Below, one piece after another: positions 1-11,630 of a DNA stretch of 37,660 nt. The position numbers were made by a program, and so were the translations under genes. Source of the stretch: Octopus bimaculoides (lineage: Eukaryota); NCBI RefSeq assembly GCF_001194135.2, contig NC_068987.1:82328829-82366488 (forward strand), given 5' to 3'. The notes beneath the pieces were generated by a model. It had not been told where the DNA came from. It did not search any database and worked only from the letters and a program-made list of their open reading frames with translations. The stretch's first letter is position 1; each line of letters begins with the position of its first letter.

Positions 1-130
1 AGAAGAAGAAGAAGAAGAAGAAGAAGAAGAAGAAGAAGAAGAAGAAGAAGAAGAAGAAGAAGAAGAAGAAGAAGAAGAAGAAGAAGAAGAAGGTGACGAA
101 GAAGAAGAAGGTGACGAAGAAGAAGAAGAA
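1..130. repeat. (GAA)n microsatellite
   Basis: Direct GAA run with two GGTGAC interruptions. Confidence 0.98.
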
Positions 131-344
131 ACAGTTCCAGTATTTGACTGGTGTTATATTTATTGACCCTGGATGAATGAAAGGGCAAGTTGACTTTTGT
201 GGTGTTTGAACCTACAGTACAGAGAGCTGCGAAGCAAATAATACTGCACAGCACTCTAAGCAATGCTCTATTGATCCTGTTTCTACTAATTTGCCACATT
301 AATCTACAGACAATTTCATAATAATAAAGTTAATCTAGTCTTTG

Positions 345-384
<40 letters not shown>

Positions 385-690
385 AGAGCGAGAAAGAAAT
401 TTGCTTTCACAATATCTGGGGCGTATCATATAAATTACGTTTTTTTTTTTTTTGCAGCAAGTGGGAAACTTAATATTGTAATGTCTGGGCAATATTACAT
501 AATAAATTTAATCTAATACTTTTTTTTTTATTGGATTTGTCAGAAGGAAGGATTTGCACCCGTTGCCCTCACAAGCCCCTTTTTAACAATGTTCAAGAGG
601 AACACATTTAATGCTCCTCTTTCAACATTTGCTATTTGATACATGTTGCTATCAAGCTGTATGCATGTTTGTGAGTGCTTCTGGATGAGT

Positions 691-1075
691 TGTTGTTGGC
701 ACTCTGTCGCTTACGACGTCGAGGGTTCCAGTCGATCTGATCAACGGAACAGCCTACTCGTGAAATTAACATGCAAGTGGCTGAGCACTCCACAGACACG
801 TGTACCCTTAACGTAGTTCTCAGGGATATTCAGCGTGACACAGTGACAAAGCTGACCCTTTGAATTACAGGCACAACAGAAACAGGAAGAAAGAGCGAGA
901 GAAAGTTGTGGTGGAAGAAGTACAGCAGGGTTCGCTACCATCCCCTGCCGGAGCCTCATGGAGCTTTGTGAGTGTTTTCCCTCAATAAACACTCACAAGG
1001 CCCGGTCTGGGAATCGAAACCACGATCCTATAACCGCGAATCCACTGCCCTAACCACTGGGCCATTGCGCCTCCA
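691..1075 (-). mobile_element. Full-length tRNA-derived SINE (family C) with 13-bp target-site duplication
   Basis: Minus strand starts TGGAGGCGCAATGGCCCAGTGGTTAGGGC (A box) and has GGTTTCGATTCCC (B box); it ends in (AAC)n. Flanked by CTTCTGGATGAGT (678-690) and CTTCTGGGTGAGT (1076-1088), 12/13 identical. A fragment of the same body recurs at about 34391-34453 (+). Confidence 0.9.
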
Positions 1076-1500
1076 CTTCTGGGTGAGTATGTTTGAGTTT
1101 AAGGGTCAGTCCATCTCCTAGTTTGGTCGACAAAAATGTTTTCTCAGAGTATGGTGAGGGAGACAGAGAAAATGTCACTCTGACTCCTGAGGCTCACACT
1201 TGCAAACAGCCATCTTCTTCCTAAATGTCATGATTGTTAGTTAATTCCTGGTCAGTCTTGACTGAGCAAACCTATGATTGAAAGCATTCCAACTGTGACC
1301 ATTCATCTTAATCATCTTAAACATCATTAATCAATGTATCTGACCATCTACTTTTAAATTGTTATCTTTTAATTTTAATTTCAATTTTTTGTTTTCAATA
1401 AATGTTGCTACTCTCTCCGTCAGAGCAGGCTTCTTCATTGGCTCAAGTGAGTAGTGGTGGTCAGTTTAGGCAGATGTCAGTTCAGTAAAATTTCTAGAAC

Positions 1501-1878
1501 AGATCGTCATGGCACCTGTGCCCAGCATCGCCTTCCTGGCACTTGTGCCAGATGGCACGTGTAAAGACATTCGAGCGAGATCGTTGCCAGTGCCGCCGAA
1601 CTGGCTCCTGTGCGGGTGGCACGTAAAATACACCATTTTGAGCATGGCCGTTGTCAGTACCGCCTCACTGGCCTTTGTGCCGGTGGCACGTAAAAGCACC
1701 CCACTACACTCTCGGAGTGGTTGGCGTTAGGAAGGGCATCTAGCTGTAGAAACTCTGCCAGATTAGATTGGAGCCTGGTGTAGCCATCTGGTTCACCAAT
1801 CCTCAGCCAAATCGTCCAACCCATGCTAGCATGGAAAGCGGACGTTAAAACGATGAGGATGATGATGATGATGATGAT
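1501..1878 (+). mobile_element. (GAT)n-tailed retroposon 3' portion (family D)
   Basis: Shares TGGTTGGCGTTAGGAAGGGCATC..GCTGTAGAAA and CCAACCCATGCTAGCATGGAAAGCGGACGTTAAACGATGATG with many copies in the window; variable 5' truncation. Confidence 0.9.
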
Positions 1879-1900
1879 TTTGTTGGGGCATTAGGAGAAA

Positions 1901-2165
1901 AGGTACTATGATTCAGGGTACAATAGAAGAGATACTATGTGTTTGGGTACCATAAGAGGAGATATTGTGAGTTGGGAAGTATGTGAATCAGTACTGAATT
2001 GGAGCACTATGAGAAGACATACTCTGAGCTGAGGTACTATGATCTGGGGTACTGTGTGACGAGGCACCATGAGCTGGGGTACATTGAGAAGAGACACTAT
2101 AAGTCGGGATGCAATGGGAAAAGACACTATGAGTTAGGCTACTATGAGTTGGGGTACTACAAGAA
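1901..2165. repeat. Degenerate 15/30-bp periodic minisatellite
   Basis: About 17 units alternating AGR(C/T)ACTATGAGYTG and GGGTACNATGAGAAG. Confidence 0.8.
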
Positions 2166-2589
2166 TTATGTTTCAAACGAGACTCTCTTTATGTTTTCTT
2201 TTCAGAGAATGATATACGATATATATATAAGTTTACATCAAAATTTCACTTCAACAAGTCTCCAGCTTTGCTGCTATTTCATTGCTTATTTTATGCAATT
2301 AAAGTTGGTACGGCATCCCTGCCACTCTCATCATATTCCTATCGGCGGCAGTGTCCCACTGAGAGGGGCTGTCTACTGCTGGCTAAACAAATAATTCAAA
2401 TTCATGGAATAACTGCAAGTATTTAATGACAAATTTGACTTGGCTGTTGTTGCTTGTAAAACATTAGCGATAAACATATATAATTAATTATAACTAATTG
2501 CCATCATATCGTTTAATAAATCATAATCTGTTTATACATACACACACGTATGCGCATGTGAAAGTGTGTATGTGTGTGTATTTTGAGAG

Positions 2590-2851
2590 ATGAAGGGGTC
2601 AGTGAGAGAGAGAGAGAGAGAGAGAGAAAGGGAGGGAGGGAGAGAAATACAGAGGAAAGGAAAATCATTGAGAAAAAGAGAGAGACAGAAAGAGAGAGAG
2701 ACAGAAAGAGAGAGAGAGACAGAAAGAGAGAGAGAAATAGAGAAACAATGAGATAGCTTGCTAGGTAAATGGATAGATGGCTAGATAGTAGATGGACAGA
2801 CAGACAGACAGATAGACAGACGGACAAATAGATATACAGATAGACAGACAG

Positions 2852-2909
<58 letters not shown>

Positions 2910-2953
2910 AGATGCACAGATAGACAGACAGACAGACAAACAGACAGACACAC

Positions 2954-3026
<73 letters not shown>

Positions 3027-3052
3027 GACAGACAGATAGATATATGTGGATA
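2590..3052. repeat. Compound microsatellite (AG)n/(ACAG)n/(AT)n/(ATAG)n
   Basis: Direct reading; source of the spurious SIYL/ERER ORFs. Confidence 0.97.
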
Positions 3053-3334
3053 GATAGTTGAGCCCGTGTTTTCTGTCAAACCAAAAACGAGCTTCTAAAC
3101 TAGTCACAAATCACAGAGTCAGATTCAGGAAGCCTATACATATTAGCTCAACCTGCTGGAAATACCAGCCAAATCCCCTTTAAATTATACACTACCGTCT
3201 TTAAAAATCAAAGTCACCCTGGACAATGTAGTTCTTGACGTGCAAAAAAAGACAGGACAGTTGTGGTTGGAATGGTTTTTGACCATAGATCTACACGGGC
3301 TGAATCTAACACACAACAACATCACCAATACCAG

Positions 3335-3381
<47 letters not shown>

Positions 3382-3750
3382 ACCTGATACAACCAGCCAC
3401 CAATCATGAGCACATATGGTTTGGTAGCAGATACCTTGTTTTTGATGATTGTTTTAGGGGGCCCTGTCTAGCATGGGCTGCACAGTTTGAGAGAAGCTCA
3501 ACAGCTAAAGGGCTGTTTTCAGGCTCCATGTCTGTTTTGGCATGGTTCCTACAGCTGGATGCCTTTCCTAATGCCAACCCTTCCAAATGCCAGCACCAGT
3601 TCTAAATATTTTGGTAATTATTCCGTGATAAAAGATGTGAAAGTTCTGGCTTCTGTAAATCTGTTTTTTATCCAAAGTGCCATGATGGGATTTTTTAATA
3701 AAAATTACTTTGTGGCAATAAATGTTAATTTCTTCATTTTTTAATTTTAT

Positions 3751-4040
3751 TCTCTTACTTGTTTCAGTCATTTTGACTGAGGCCATGCTGGAGCACCGCC
3801 TTTAGTCAAACCAATCGACTCCAGAAGTTATTTTTTGTAAGCCTAGTACTTATTCTATCGGTTTCTCTTGCTGAACTGCTAAGTTACAGAGGATGTAAAC
3901 ACACCAACATCGGTTGTCAGGCAAAGGTGGGGGAACAAACACAGACACACAAACATACACACACACACATACACAAACACAGACACACACACACCACATA
4001 CACAAACACAGACACACACACACACACACACACACACATA
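3751..4040 (-). mobile_element. SINE family B, 3' half with internal (TG)n
   Basis: Matches 8908-9130 (TTACTTGTTTCAGTCATTT..GACTG.GGCCATGCTGGAGCACCGCCTTT). Confidence 0.88.
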
Positions 4041-4114
4041 ATAAGGGTAGAAAATTTAGAAAAATTTTCATAGCGATGGCTAACATGCATAATAAAGTCA
4101 ATAGACAACATATT

Positions 4115-4258
4115 TTCATATATAATAGTGTACAAACAAGTATTTATACACTTAAGAGGTGATTTGGGTTTTAACTGCTCTTTCTAGCATGTAAAGTGTC
4201 CTGTCAAAGGTCGCCTCTTTTGTGTATAAATACTTGTTTGTACACTATTATATATGAA
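4115..4258. repeat. Perfect 37-bp inverted repeat, 70-nt spacer (MITE-like fold-back)
   Basis: 4115-4151 TTCATATATAATAGTGTACAAACAAGTATTTATACAC is the exact reverse complement of 4222-4258. Confidence 0.92.
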
Positions 4259-4280
4259 TATATATATATAAAGCGAAATT

Positions 4281-4635
4281 GTGATGGCACCTGTGCCCAG
4301 CGTCACCTTTCTGGCACTTGTGCCTGCGGCATGTGTAAGGACTTTCGAGCAAGATCGTTGCCAGTGCCCCTGAACTGGCTCTTGTGCGGGTGGCACATAA
4401 AATACACCATTTTGAGCGTGGCCGTTGCCAGTACCGCTTGACTGGCCTTCGTGCCGGTGGCATGTAAAAAGCACCCACTACACTCTCTGAGTGGTTGGCG
4501 TTAGGAAGGGCATCCAGCTGTGGAAACACTGCCAAATCAGATTGGAGCCTGGTGTAACCATCTGGTTTGCCAGTCCTCAGTCAAATCGTCCAACCCATGC
4601 TAGCATGGAAAGCGGATGTTAAACGACGATGATGA
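4281..4635 (+). mobile_element. Family D retroposon 3' portion
   Basis: Same conserved 3' block as 1501-1878; follows an (AT)n tract; the tail runs into a gap. Confidence 0.9.
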
Positions 4636-4833
4636 NNNNNNNNNNNNNNNNNNNNNNNNNNNNNNNNNNNNNNNNNNNNNNNNNNNNNNNNNNNNNNNNN
4701 NNNNNNNNNNNNNNNNNNNNNNNNNNNNNNNNNNNNNNNNNNNNNNNNNNNNNNNNNNNNNNNNNNNNNNNNNNNNNNNNNNNNNNNNNNNNNNNNNNNN
4801 NNNNNNNNNNNNNNNNNNNNNNNNNNNNNNNNN
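4636..4833. other. Assembly gap (first of nine)
   Basis: N runs at 4636-4833, 7075-7426, 14296-14810, 16150-16516, 17383-18362, 20576-20657, 23166-23894, 31921-32440 and 34826-35104. Confidence 1.
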
Positions 4834-5639
4834 GAAACAAGGGAGGGTGGGTGACAGGAAGGGCATTCAGCTGTAGAAAAGCCACCTCAACAAAATTCCA
4901 TCTGACTTAGGCAAACATGGGAAAGTGGACATTAAAATGATGATGATGTTTATGATGCTGATGGTGGTGGTAGTGGTGGTGGTGGTGGTGGTGGTGGTGG
5001 TGGTGATAACGATGATGATAATGACAAGAAGGAGGTGGAGGATGGTGGAGTGATGGAGGTGGTGCTGATGATGATGACAATGATGACGATGATAATGAGG
5101 ATGAGGAGAAGAATGGTGGTGGTGGTCATGGTGGTGACAATGATGATGATGATGATGATGCCAACGATGCCAGTGATGACGATAATGACAAGGAGGAGCA
5201 ACAGCAGCACCAGCAGCAATAGCGGAAGTAGGATGAGGGGGGAGGGGTGGAGCCATGATGCCAATGTACTTTGAAACTACTTCTGATTCAATTACAAAAG
5301 GCGTTCAGTCAAAAATTGCTCATTCCTAAATTCTACGTAAAAGAAAAAAAAAAAATTTTGCTGTGATTAAAACAGCAATTTAATATAATTAGTTATTTTA
5401 CTAAATTCCATTCAAATTCTTGATTGTTTTCGTTGGTAGAATTGTCAGAACATCAAAAGAAATGCTTGGCAGGATTTCTTCCAACTTTTTACATTCTTTG
5501 TTCAAATCCCACATAGGTCAACTTCACCTTTCATCCTTCGCAGGTCAATAAAGTACTTGCCAAATCCTGGGCTTAATGTAATTGACCTAACCCTTCGTCC
5601 CTCCAAAACTGTTGACCTTGTGCCAAAATTTGAAATCAT

Positions 5640-6095
5640 TATTATTGTTATCATTATTGTTGTTGTTGTTATTATTATCATTATTATTGTTATTATTATT
5701 ATTATTATTATTTTATGTTTGACTTTTGTTTTGCATTTGTACAAGTTGGATCCAAGTCTCACCCAGAGACCTCAAGAGACAACAAGTTAGAAGTTCAATC
5801 TTGCATGGGATTTCCAGTTGCCTTAAGAAATCTTGAAGTTTCAATGGTATTGAGCCCAATGCTCTGATCACCACTGGTATCACTCTTACATTACACTCTC
5901 GCATTCCATACAGTCTTGCCATTCCCACTTTCAATTCGGAGTACTTGGTGATTTTTTTCAACCTCTTTACTCACAACATTCATGTCATTTAGTATGGCTA
6001 CACCAATGATCTGACAGTATTTGTCTCTCTTATTCAATATGACAATATCCAGCCGACGGTGTTCAATTACACGATCCGTCTGAATGGATGTTGTT
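5640..6095 (-). mobile_element. R4/Dong-like non-LTR retrotransposon 3' end (restriction-like endonuclease pseudogene) with (TAA)n tail
   Basis: Two frames join as SIQTDRVIEHRRLDIVILNKRDKYCQIIGVAILNDMNVVSKEVEK/ITKYSELKVGMARLYGMRECNVRVIPVVIRALGSIP. This is the RPD..D..E..K..KY RLE signature with RPD>RLD, D>G and a frameshift in an A run. Confidence 0.88.
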
Positions 6096-6203
6096 TTCAC
6101 ATCAATAATGCTCTTCTCAGTACATGAGTCGTTCCAGTTAACACGATTTTTTTATGTAAATTCGTTTGTCTTTGTAATATCCTAAATGTTTTTTTGCAGG
6201 ACC

Positions 6204-6410
6204 TGGTGAGCTGACAGAACTGTTAGCATACCAGACAAATTACTTAATGGTATTTCATCAGTTTTTATATCCTGAGTTCAAATTCTGCTGAGGTCGACTT
6301 TTGCCTTTCATCCTTTCACAGCTGATAAAATAAGTACCAGTTGAGCACTGGTGTCAATCTATTTGACTTGCCCTCACCCCAAAATTCAGGCCTTATACTT
6401 ATAATAAAAA
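6204..6410 (+). mobile_element. tRNA-head SINE with Meta-like central domain (family A), CpG-decayed copy
   Basis: Head GGTGAGCTGACAGAA, B box GAGTTCAAATTC, core GTCGACTTTTGCCTTTCATCCTT..GATAAAATAAGTACCAG resembles the MetaSINE domain (from recall, not searched). Other approximate copies: 130-270(-), 5483-5635(-), 6855-7040(+), 7760-7930(+), 9770-9962(-), 21590-21790(-), 22590-22795(+), 23986-24155(+). Confidence 0.85.
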
Positions 6411-6437
6411 GAACTTTTTTATTATTACAATTATTAA

Positions 6438-6624
6438 CCCTTTCATTACTGTATTTATTTTGAGATTCTCTGTGTTTCTTTTAATTACTTTGAATATAAC
6501 AGAGAATTTAGTAAAAGCTAGTGTTAGGAACGTAAATTGTGACTAAGGTTTGGTGGAAGATTTTAATTAAAAATATTTGTACACAGAGCCAGAGCCGGTT
6601 TCAGCCGGGTTGGTAACACAAGGG
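6438..6624. mobile_element. piggyBac-like MITE
   Basis: TTAA (6434-6437) | CCCTTTCATTAC ... GTAACACAAGGG | TTAA (6625-6628): CCCTT/AAGGG termini with TTAA duplication. Confidence 0.7.
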
Positions 6625-6628
6625 TTAA

Positions 6629-6852
6629 GGCAGTGAGCTGGCAGAATTGTTAGCACGCCAGGTGAAATGCTTAGTGGTATTTCGTCTGCCGTTACGTTCT
6701 GTGTTCAAATTCCACCAAGATCAACTTTGCCTTTCATCCTTTCGGATTAAGTACCAGTTACGCCCTGGGGTCAATGTAATCGACTTAATACCTTTGTCTG
6801 TCCTTGTTTGTTCCCTCTATGTTTAGCCCCTTGTGGGCCGTAAAGAAATAAG
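6629..6852 (+). mobile_element. Family A SINE, full length
   Basis: Same head and core, with tail TTTGTCTGTCCTTGTTTGTT.CCCTCTATGTTTAGCCCCTTGTGGG shared with 30077-30310. Confidence 0.9.
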
Positions 6853-7552
6853 AATCGTTCGCATACCAGACAAACTGCTTGGCAGCATTTAGCCCATCTT
6901 TACATTCTGAGCTCAAATTCTGCCAAGTTCGACTTTGCCTTTCATCCTTTCGGGGTTTATAAAATAAATACCAGTTGAGCACTGGGGACGAAGGGATCAA
7001 CTAGCCCCCAGCCCAAAAGTTCAGACCTTTTGCCTATAGTAGAAAGAACTATTATCATTATTCCTACCATTATTNNNNNNNNNNNNNNNNNNNNNNNNNN
7101 NNNNNNNNNNNNNNNNNNNNNNNNNNNNNNNNNNNNNNNNNNNNNNNNNNNNNNNNNNNNNNNNNNNNNNNNNNNNNNNNNNNNNNNNNNNNNNNNNNNN
7201 NNNNNNNNNNNNNNNNNNNNNNNNNNNNNNNNNNNNNNNNNNNNNNNNNNNNNNNNNNNNNNNNNNNNNNNNNNNNNNNNNNNNNNNNNNNNNNNNNNNN
7301 NNNNNNNNNNNNNNNNNNNNNNNNNNNNNNNNNNNNNNNNNNNNNNNNNNNNNNNNNNNNNNNNNNNNNNNNNNNNNNNNNNNNNNNNNNNNNNNNNNNN
7401 NNNNNNNNNNNNNNNNNNNNNNNNNNAACCAAAAACAACGAAATGAAACGCACAAAAAAAAAAGAACAAAAAGAAAGAAAGAAAAGTATGAACGTCACAC
7501 AATCACATCCCAACCTCATACGTAATACCTTTTGTTTATGTAACTACTACTA

Positions 7553-7626
<74 letters not shown>

Positions 7627-8457
7627 ACTACTACTACTACTACTACTAGGATCACCACTGCCGCTGCTGCCATTGCTGTCGCCCCCACCCCACCACCGTT
7701 ACTACTGCTGTTGCTGCTGCAGTTGCTGCTGCATCTATTGTTGTTTTTTGATATTATTACAACAGAGTGATGGCAGGGCATACTTTGTGAAGTTGCGAGT
7801 TCAAATAGCTCCAGAGACAACTTTGTCTTTCATCCTTCCAGGGATCAATAATGTAAGACCAAATCAAACACCAGGAGATCAATATAATTGTTGCTTCTCT
7901 CCAGATTCCTGGTCTCGTTTCCTAAAATAGAAATCGTAGTTTCATCAGGTAAGGTCATGTGGTCAAGAGGTAAGGAAGAGCATTCCGCTCACAAACACAA
8001 TGCTGTGGGTTCAATTCCTATCATATGCAGTGAATTATGTTCTAAAGCAAAGTTTTTCATTTCACATTGTTTCTGTCTTTATTTAGGACTTGGGTTTATT
8101 ATGACCCCCAGGACTCATAAAGGCCAGGACTTAACCCAGTTTGCTTGCTATATAAGGGATTACAGCATTCCCCCAGTTGAATGGGATGCCAGTCCCTTAC
8201 TGGGTTAATCTCTCTGCTATTGTTGGAATTCATTTACAGCTGCGTGGAGTGGAAACAAAGTGTTTTAGTCAAGAATAACCGCCCAGTTCAAGGATTGAAA
8301 CTATGGTTTTACAGTCATGAGTGCAACACCTTAACCAATAGGCCATGTACATTCACAGCTCTTGTTTACTCAACTCCAAATGAGTGCTGACCAGTTGCTG
8401 GTGTAAACCCTCTCTCCTCTATCTGTCACATTCTGTAGTCAAGGCGAGAGGGGTGGC

Positions 8458-8578
8458 GGATGAGAGGAGCAGGGGATGAGAGGAGCAGGGGATGAGAGGA
8501 GCAGGGGATGAGAGGAGCAGGGGATGAGAGGAGCAGGGGATGAGAGGAGCAGGGGATGAGAAGTAGGGGATGAGAGGA
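8458..8578 (+). repeat. 16-bp G-rich minisatellite (GGGGATGAGAGGAGCA)n
   Basis: About 7 near-perfect tandem units. Confidence 0.95.
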
Positions 8579-8820
8579 TTTCCATGTTTGCTCATGAATA
8601 GACAGGACCCCCTAAAACAAACATAAAAAAAAGGTGTCTGTTACCAAACCACATGCACTTATGAGTGATGGCTGGTTGTATCAGGTTGATGGATAGTTAT
8701 CTGAGATCTCAGGGGTCTAGGGATCAAATCCTGATTCATGTAATCTGTGGTTTGCTGTCAATAAATAACTTTTTTAGGGCCCAGTGAAATGATTTGCCTG
8801 GGGGCTTCAATGAATTAGAG

Positions 8821-9474
8821 TAGTGGTTCTCAATCGGGGTCTATATGATCCTTAGGGATTCCACATAATATTTTGTTGTTAAAATTTATGTGCAATAAAT
8901 AGTTTACTCTTTTACTTGTTTCAGTCATTTGACTGTGGCCATGCTGGAGCACCGCCTTTGGTCGATCAAGTCAACCCCAGGACTTATTCTTTGGAAGCCT
9001 AGTACTTATTCTATCGGTCTCTTTTGCCGAACTGCTAAGTTACGGGGACGTAAACACACCAGCATCGGTTGTCAAGCGATGTTGGGGGGACAAACACAGT
9101 CACACAAACATATACACACACATAAATATATATATATATACATACATACGACAGGCTTCTTTCAGTTTCCGTCTACCAAATCCACTCACAAGGCTTTGGT
9201 CGGACCGAGGCTATAGTAGAAGACACTTGCCCAAGGTGCCACGCAGTGGGACTGAATCCAGAACCATGTGGTTGGTAAGCAAGCTACTTACCACACAGCC
9301 ACTTCTGCGTTTACACAAAATATTTTAACAATTTTTTTTTATCCAGTTCCTAATAATATTTAATTATAAAAATATGATAACAGGATTTTTTAAACATCAA
9401 AGGGCTATGTGGCTCCACCTGAATAAAATAAAAATTAAAGGGGTTCATAAGTGGGAAATGGTTGAGAACCACTG
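8821..9474. mobile_element. hAT/Charlie-like MITE carrying a nested SINE
   Basis: Termini TAGTGGTTCTCAA ... TTGAGAACCACTG; body resembles 25937-26290; TSD poorly preserved. Confidence 0.75.
8908..9302 (-). mobile_element. Full-length tRNA-derived SINE (family B)
   Basis: Minus strand GTGGCTGTGTGGTAAGTAGCTTGC (A box), GGTTCTGGATTCAGTCCC (B box region), CORE-like CACCTTGGGCAAGTGTCTT, internal (TA/TG)n, tail GACTGAAACAAGTAAAAGA. Other approximate copies: 11706-11900(-), 12355-12520(+), 15290-15450(-), 24620-24810(-), 33678-33790(+). Confidence 0.92.
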
Positions 9475-10277
9475 ATCAAGGGTAATAATTCTGATTTATG
9501 TATACTGTGTGAATTGCTATCAGTAAATAACTTGTATAGGGCCCAATGCATTGATTTGCCTATGGGACTCAATGCTCTATGGACTCAATTCTAATTTATG
9601 TATGTTGTGGTTTGCTGTTGATAAATAACTTCTTTAGGGCCCAATGCATTGATTTACCTGAGGGTTTCAATGTTCTACGGGACCAGTTCTATGTATGCTG
9701 GTATGGATTGCTGTCAATGAATACAATAGGGGCCAGTGCATTGATTTGCCTGGTGGGGATTAAAATCCTTTTTTCTGGAAGCACAAGGCCTCAAATTTGG
9801 GAGAAGGGATTAGGTTGATTACATCAACCTCAGTTCATATTGACCCTGAAAGGATGAAAGGCAAAGTTGACTGCAGTGGAATTTGAACTCGGAACGTAAC
9901 GGCTGACGAAATACCACTAAACATTTTGCCTAGCATGCTAACAATTCTGCCAGCTTGCTACCTTCCTGTGGGACTTAAAATGCTGCCAAGACAGTCCTGA
10001 TGATGAAGTGGAATAATGTATAAACGTATGAGTTAAAATACCTTTGGTATCAACTTTATCGTTCATTCTTCCAGGATTCCATGAAATGTGACTCAATCAC
10101 CTACGCAAATGTCAATATGTTTCTTTCTGGATTTCTGGACATGTTAGAAAACATTGTCGTCGTTGTCATCCCCTCCTCCTCCTCCTCATCATCATCGTTG
10201 TTGTCGTCATTATTGTTGTTGTTGTTATCATCATAATCATTTCATGTCTGTTTTTCATGCCGGTATGGGTCGGACAG

Positions 10278-10421
10278 TTGAAACCCTCAGGTAAATCAAT
10301 GCATTGGGCCCTAAAGAAGTTATTTATCAACAGCAAACCGCAACATACATAAATCAGAATTGGGTCCATAGAGCATTGAGTGCCTTAGGCAAATCAATGC
10401 ATTGGGCCCTATAGAAGTTAT
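10278..10421 (-). repeat. Inverted duplicate of 9527-9670
   Basis: 144 bp with about 6 mismatches by manual alignment. Confidence 0.92.
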
Positions 10422-10513
10422 ACAACTATTCTCATTCATCATAGAGAGAGCATTGGTGTTAGGAAGGACATCCAACTGTAGAAACTATGTAGAGCCTGAA
10501 CAACCCTTTAGTT

Positions 10514-10939
10514 CAGTGGTTCCCTAACTATTTTACTCTGGGCTGCATTTTCAGAATGAAAATTTGCTCACGACTCACCAAAGATCTACAGAGATCCTTA
10601 AAAGGAGATAACCGCCGATTTGAAGTCAGAACATTATCGTTATCTCTCCTCCAATTTGCAGATCCAAGTTACTATATTCTTTATGCTTGATATAAATGCA
10701 AAAATATCTCAATGATAAAATCGGTCAATAATTATTTATAGCTATTTAAACTGGGACCCATGCATGCAATTACAAGTAATCCATAATAACATTCTAAATT
10801 TTGAAATTATATTTATTTTCGGCCTATGAATTTTTTGAAACTGTCTCTAAGTCTTTGACTGCCTTTCAACCATTCCACTTCACCTGCTATCCTCTTTTGC
10901 TGCACCTATGAGGCACACCGCACTATTTGGGAGCCACTG
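10514..10939. mobile_element. hAT-like MITE inserted into a family D copy
   Basis: Termini CAGTGGTTCCCTAA ... TTTGGGAGCCACTG; 8-bp flanks CTTTAGTT/ATTTAGCT (6/8). The family D sequence at about 10451-10513 resumes at 10940-11015. Confidence 0.78.
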
Positions 10940-11319
10940 ATTTAGCTGGTCAGCTCCTGTCAAACTGTCTAACCCATACTGGCATGGAAAACAGACATTA
11001 AATGATGATGATGATAACGACAACAACAATAATGACAACGATGATGATGAGGAGGAGGAGGAGGAGGGGGGAATGACGACGACAACGGCAACAACGGAGA
11101 CAACAATGCTGATGATGATGATGATGATGATGATGATGACGACGACACTGACGATGATGATGATGGTGGTGATGATGATGACAACGACATTTCATTCCAA
11201 AAACACCACTGTGTGAAATGAATCATCGATAAATGAATAATAGAACATATGGGAATAAAAGGGTTCTGTTCCAAGACCCCCAAGTTGCCCCCTAAATTAC
11301 CCAAGTGACATCTCCAAAT

Positions 11320-11630
11320 ACTAATGTCCTGTTGTTTGCATTTGTATTTGGGTACCATTTCCCCATTTTTTCCATCCTTGTTTTCATATACATTTGCTGC
11401 TTTCTTCCAAGGAATCTAATGCTCTTAGCTTAGTTTTTCCTTGGGGCTGGCCAAATTGGAGCAGTCTTGTGTATAACCAGCTGAAACTGCTGAGAAGATC
11501 CGGAACTCAACTAAAGATAGAAAACTCCGAATGACCCATCCTTGTGTTTTCTTGTCCCTTTTTCTATCGTCTAATTGTCTGGATGTTTTGTTGTCACCTG
11601 TTGCGGTCTTGTTTCATTTTTTGTATTCTT
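11320..11630 (+). repeat. Dispersed repeat, homologous to 35170-35495 (opposite strand)
   Basis: Shared TAATGTCCTGTTGTTTG.ATTTGTA, GAATCTA.TGCTCTTAGCTTAG and CTCCGAATGACCCATCCTTG; family unassigned. Confidence 0.8.

Larger units (their letters stand above)
8730..9765. repeat. ~98-bp tandem repeat (4 units) interrupted by a hAT MITE
   Basis: Unit core TAGGGCCCA.TG.A.TGATTT.CCT at about 8777, 9539, 9637 and 9730. Confidence 0.85.

Noticed and set aside
2310-2385. Minus-strand peptide SPSQWDTAADRNMM, reminiscent of the Rpt1/PSMC2 N-terminus
   Set aside because: Flanked by stops, no DTGLA or QVARCT context; treated as chance.
7950-8020. tRNA-like A and B boxes
   Set aside because: No cloverleaf; degenerate SINE head. 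The same applies to all SINE heads, so no tRNA genes are called.
8730-9765. CRISPR-like periodicity
   Set aside because: Whole units are repeated with no unique spacers, in a eukaryotic context.
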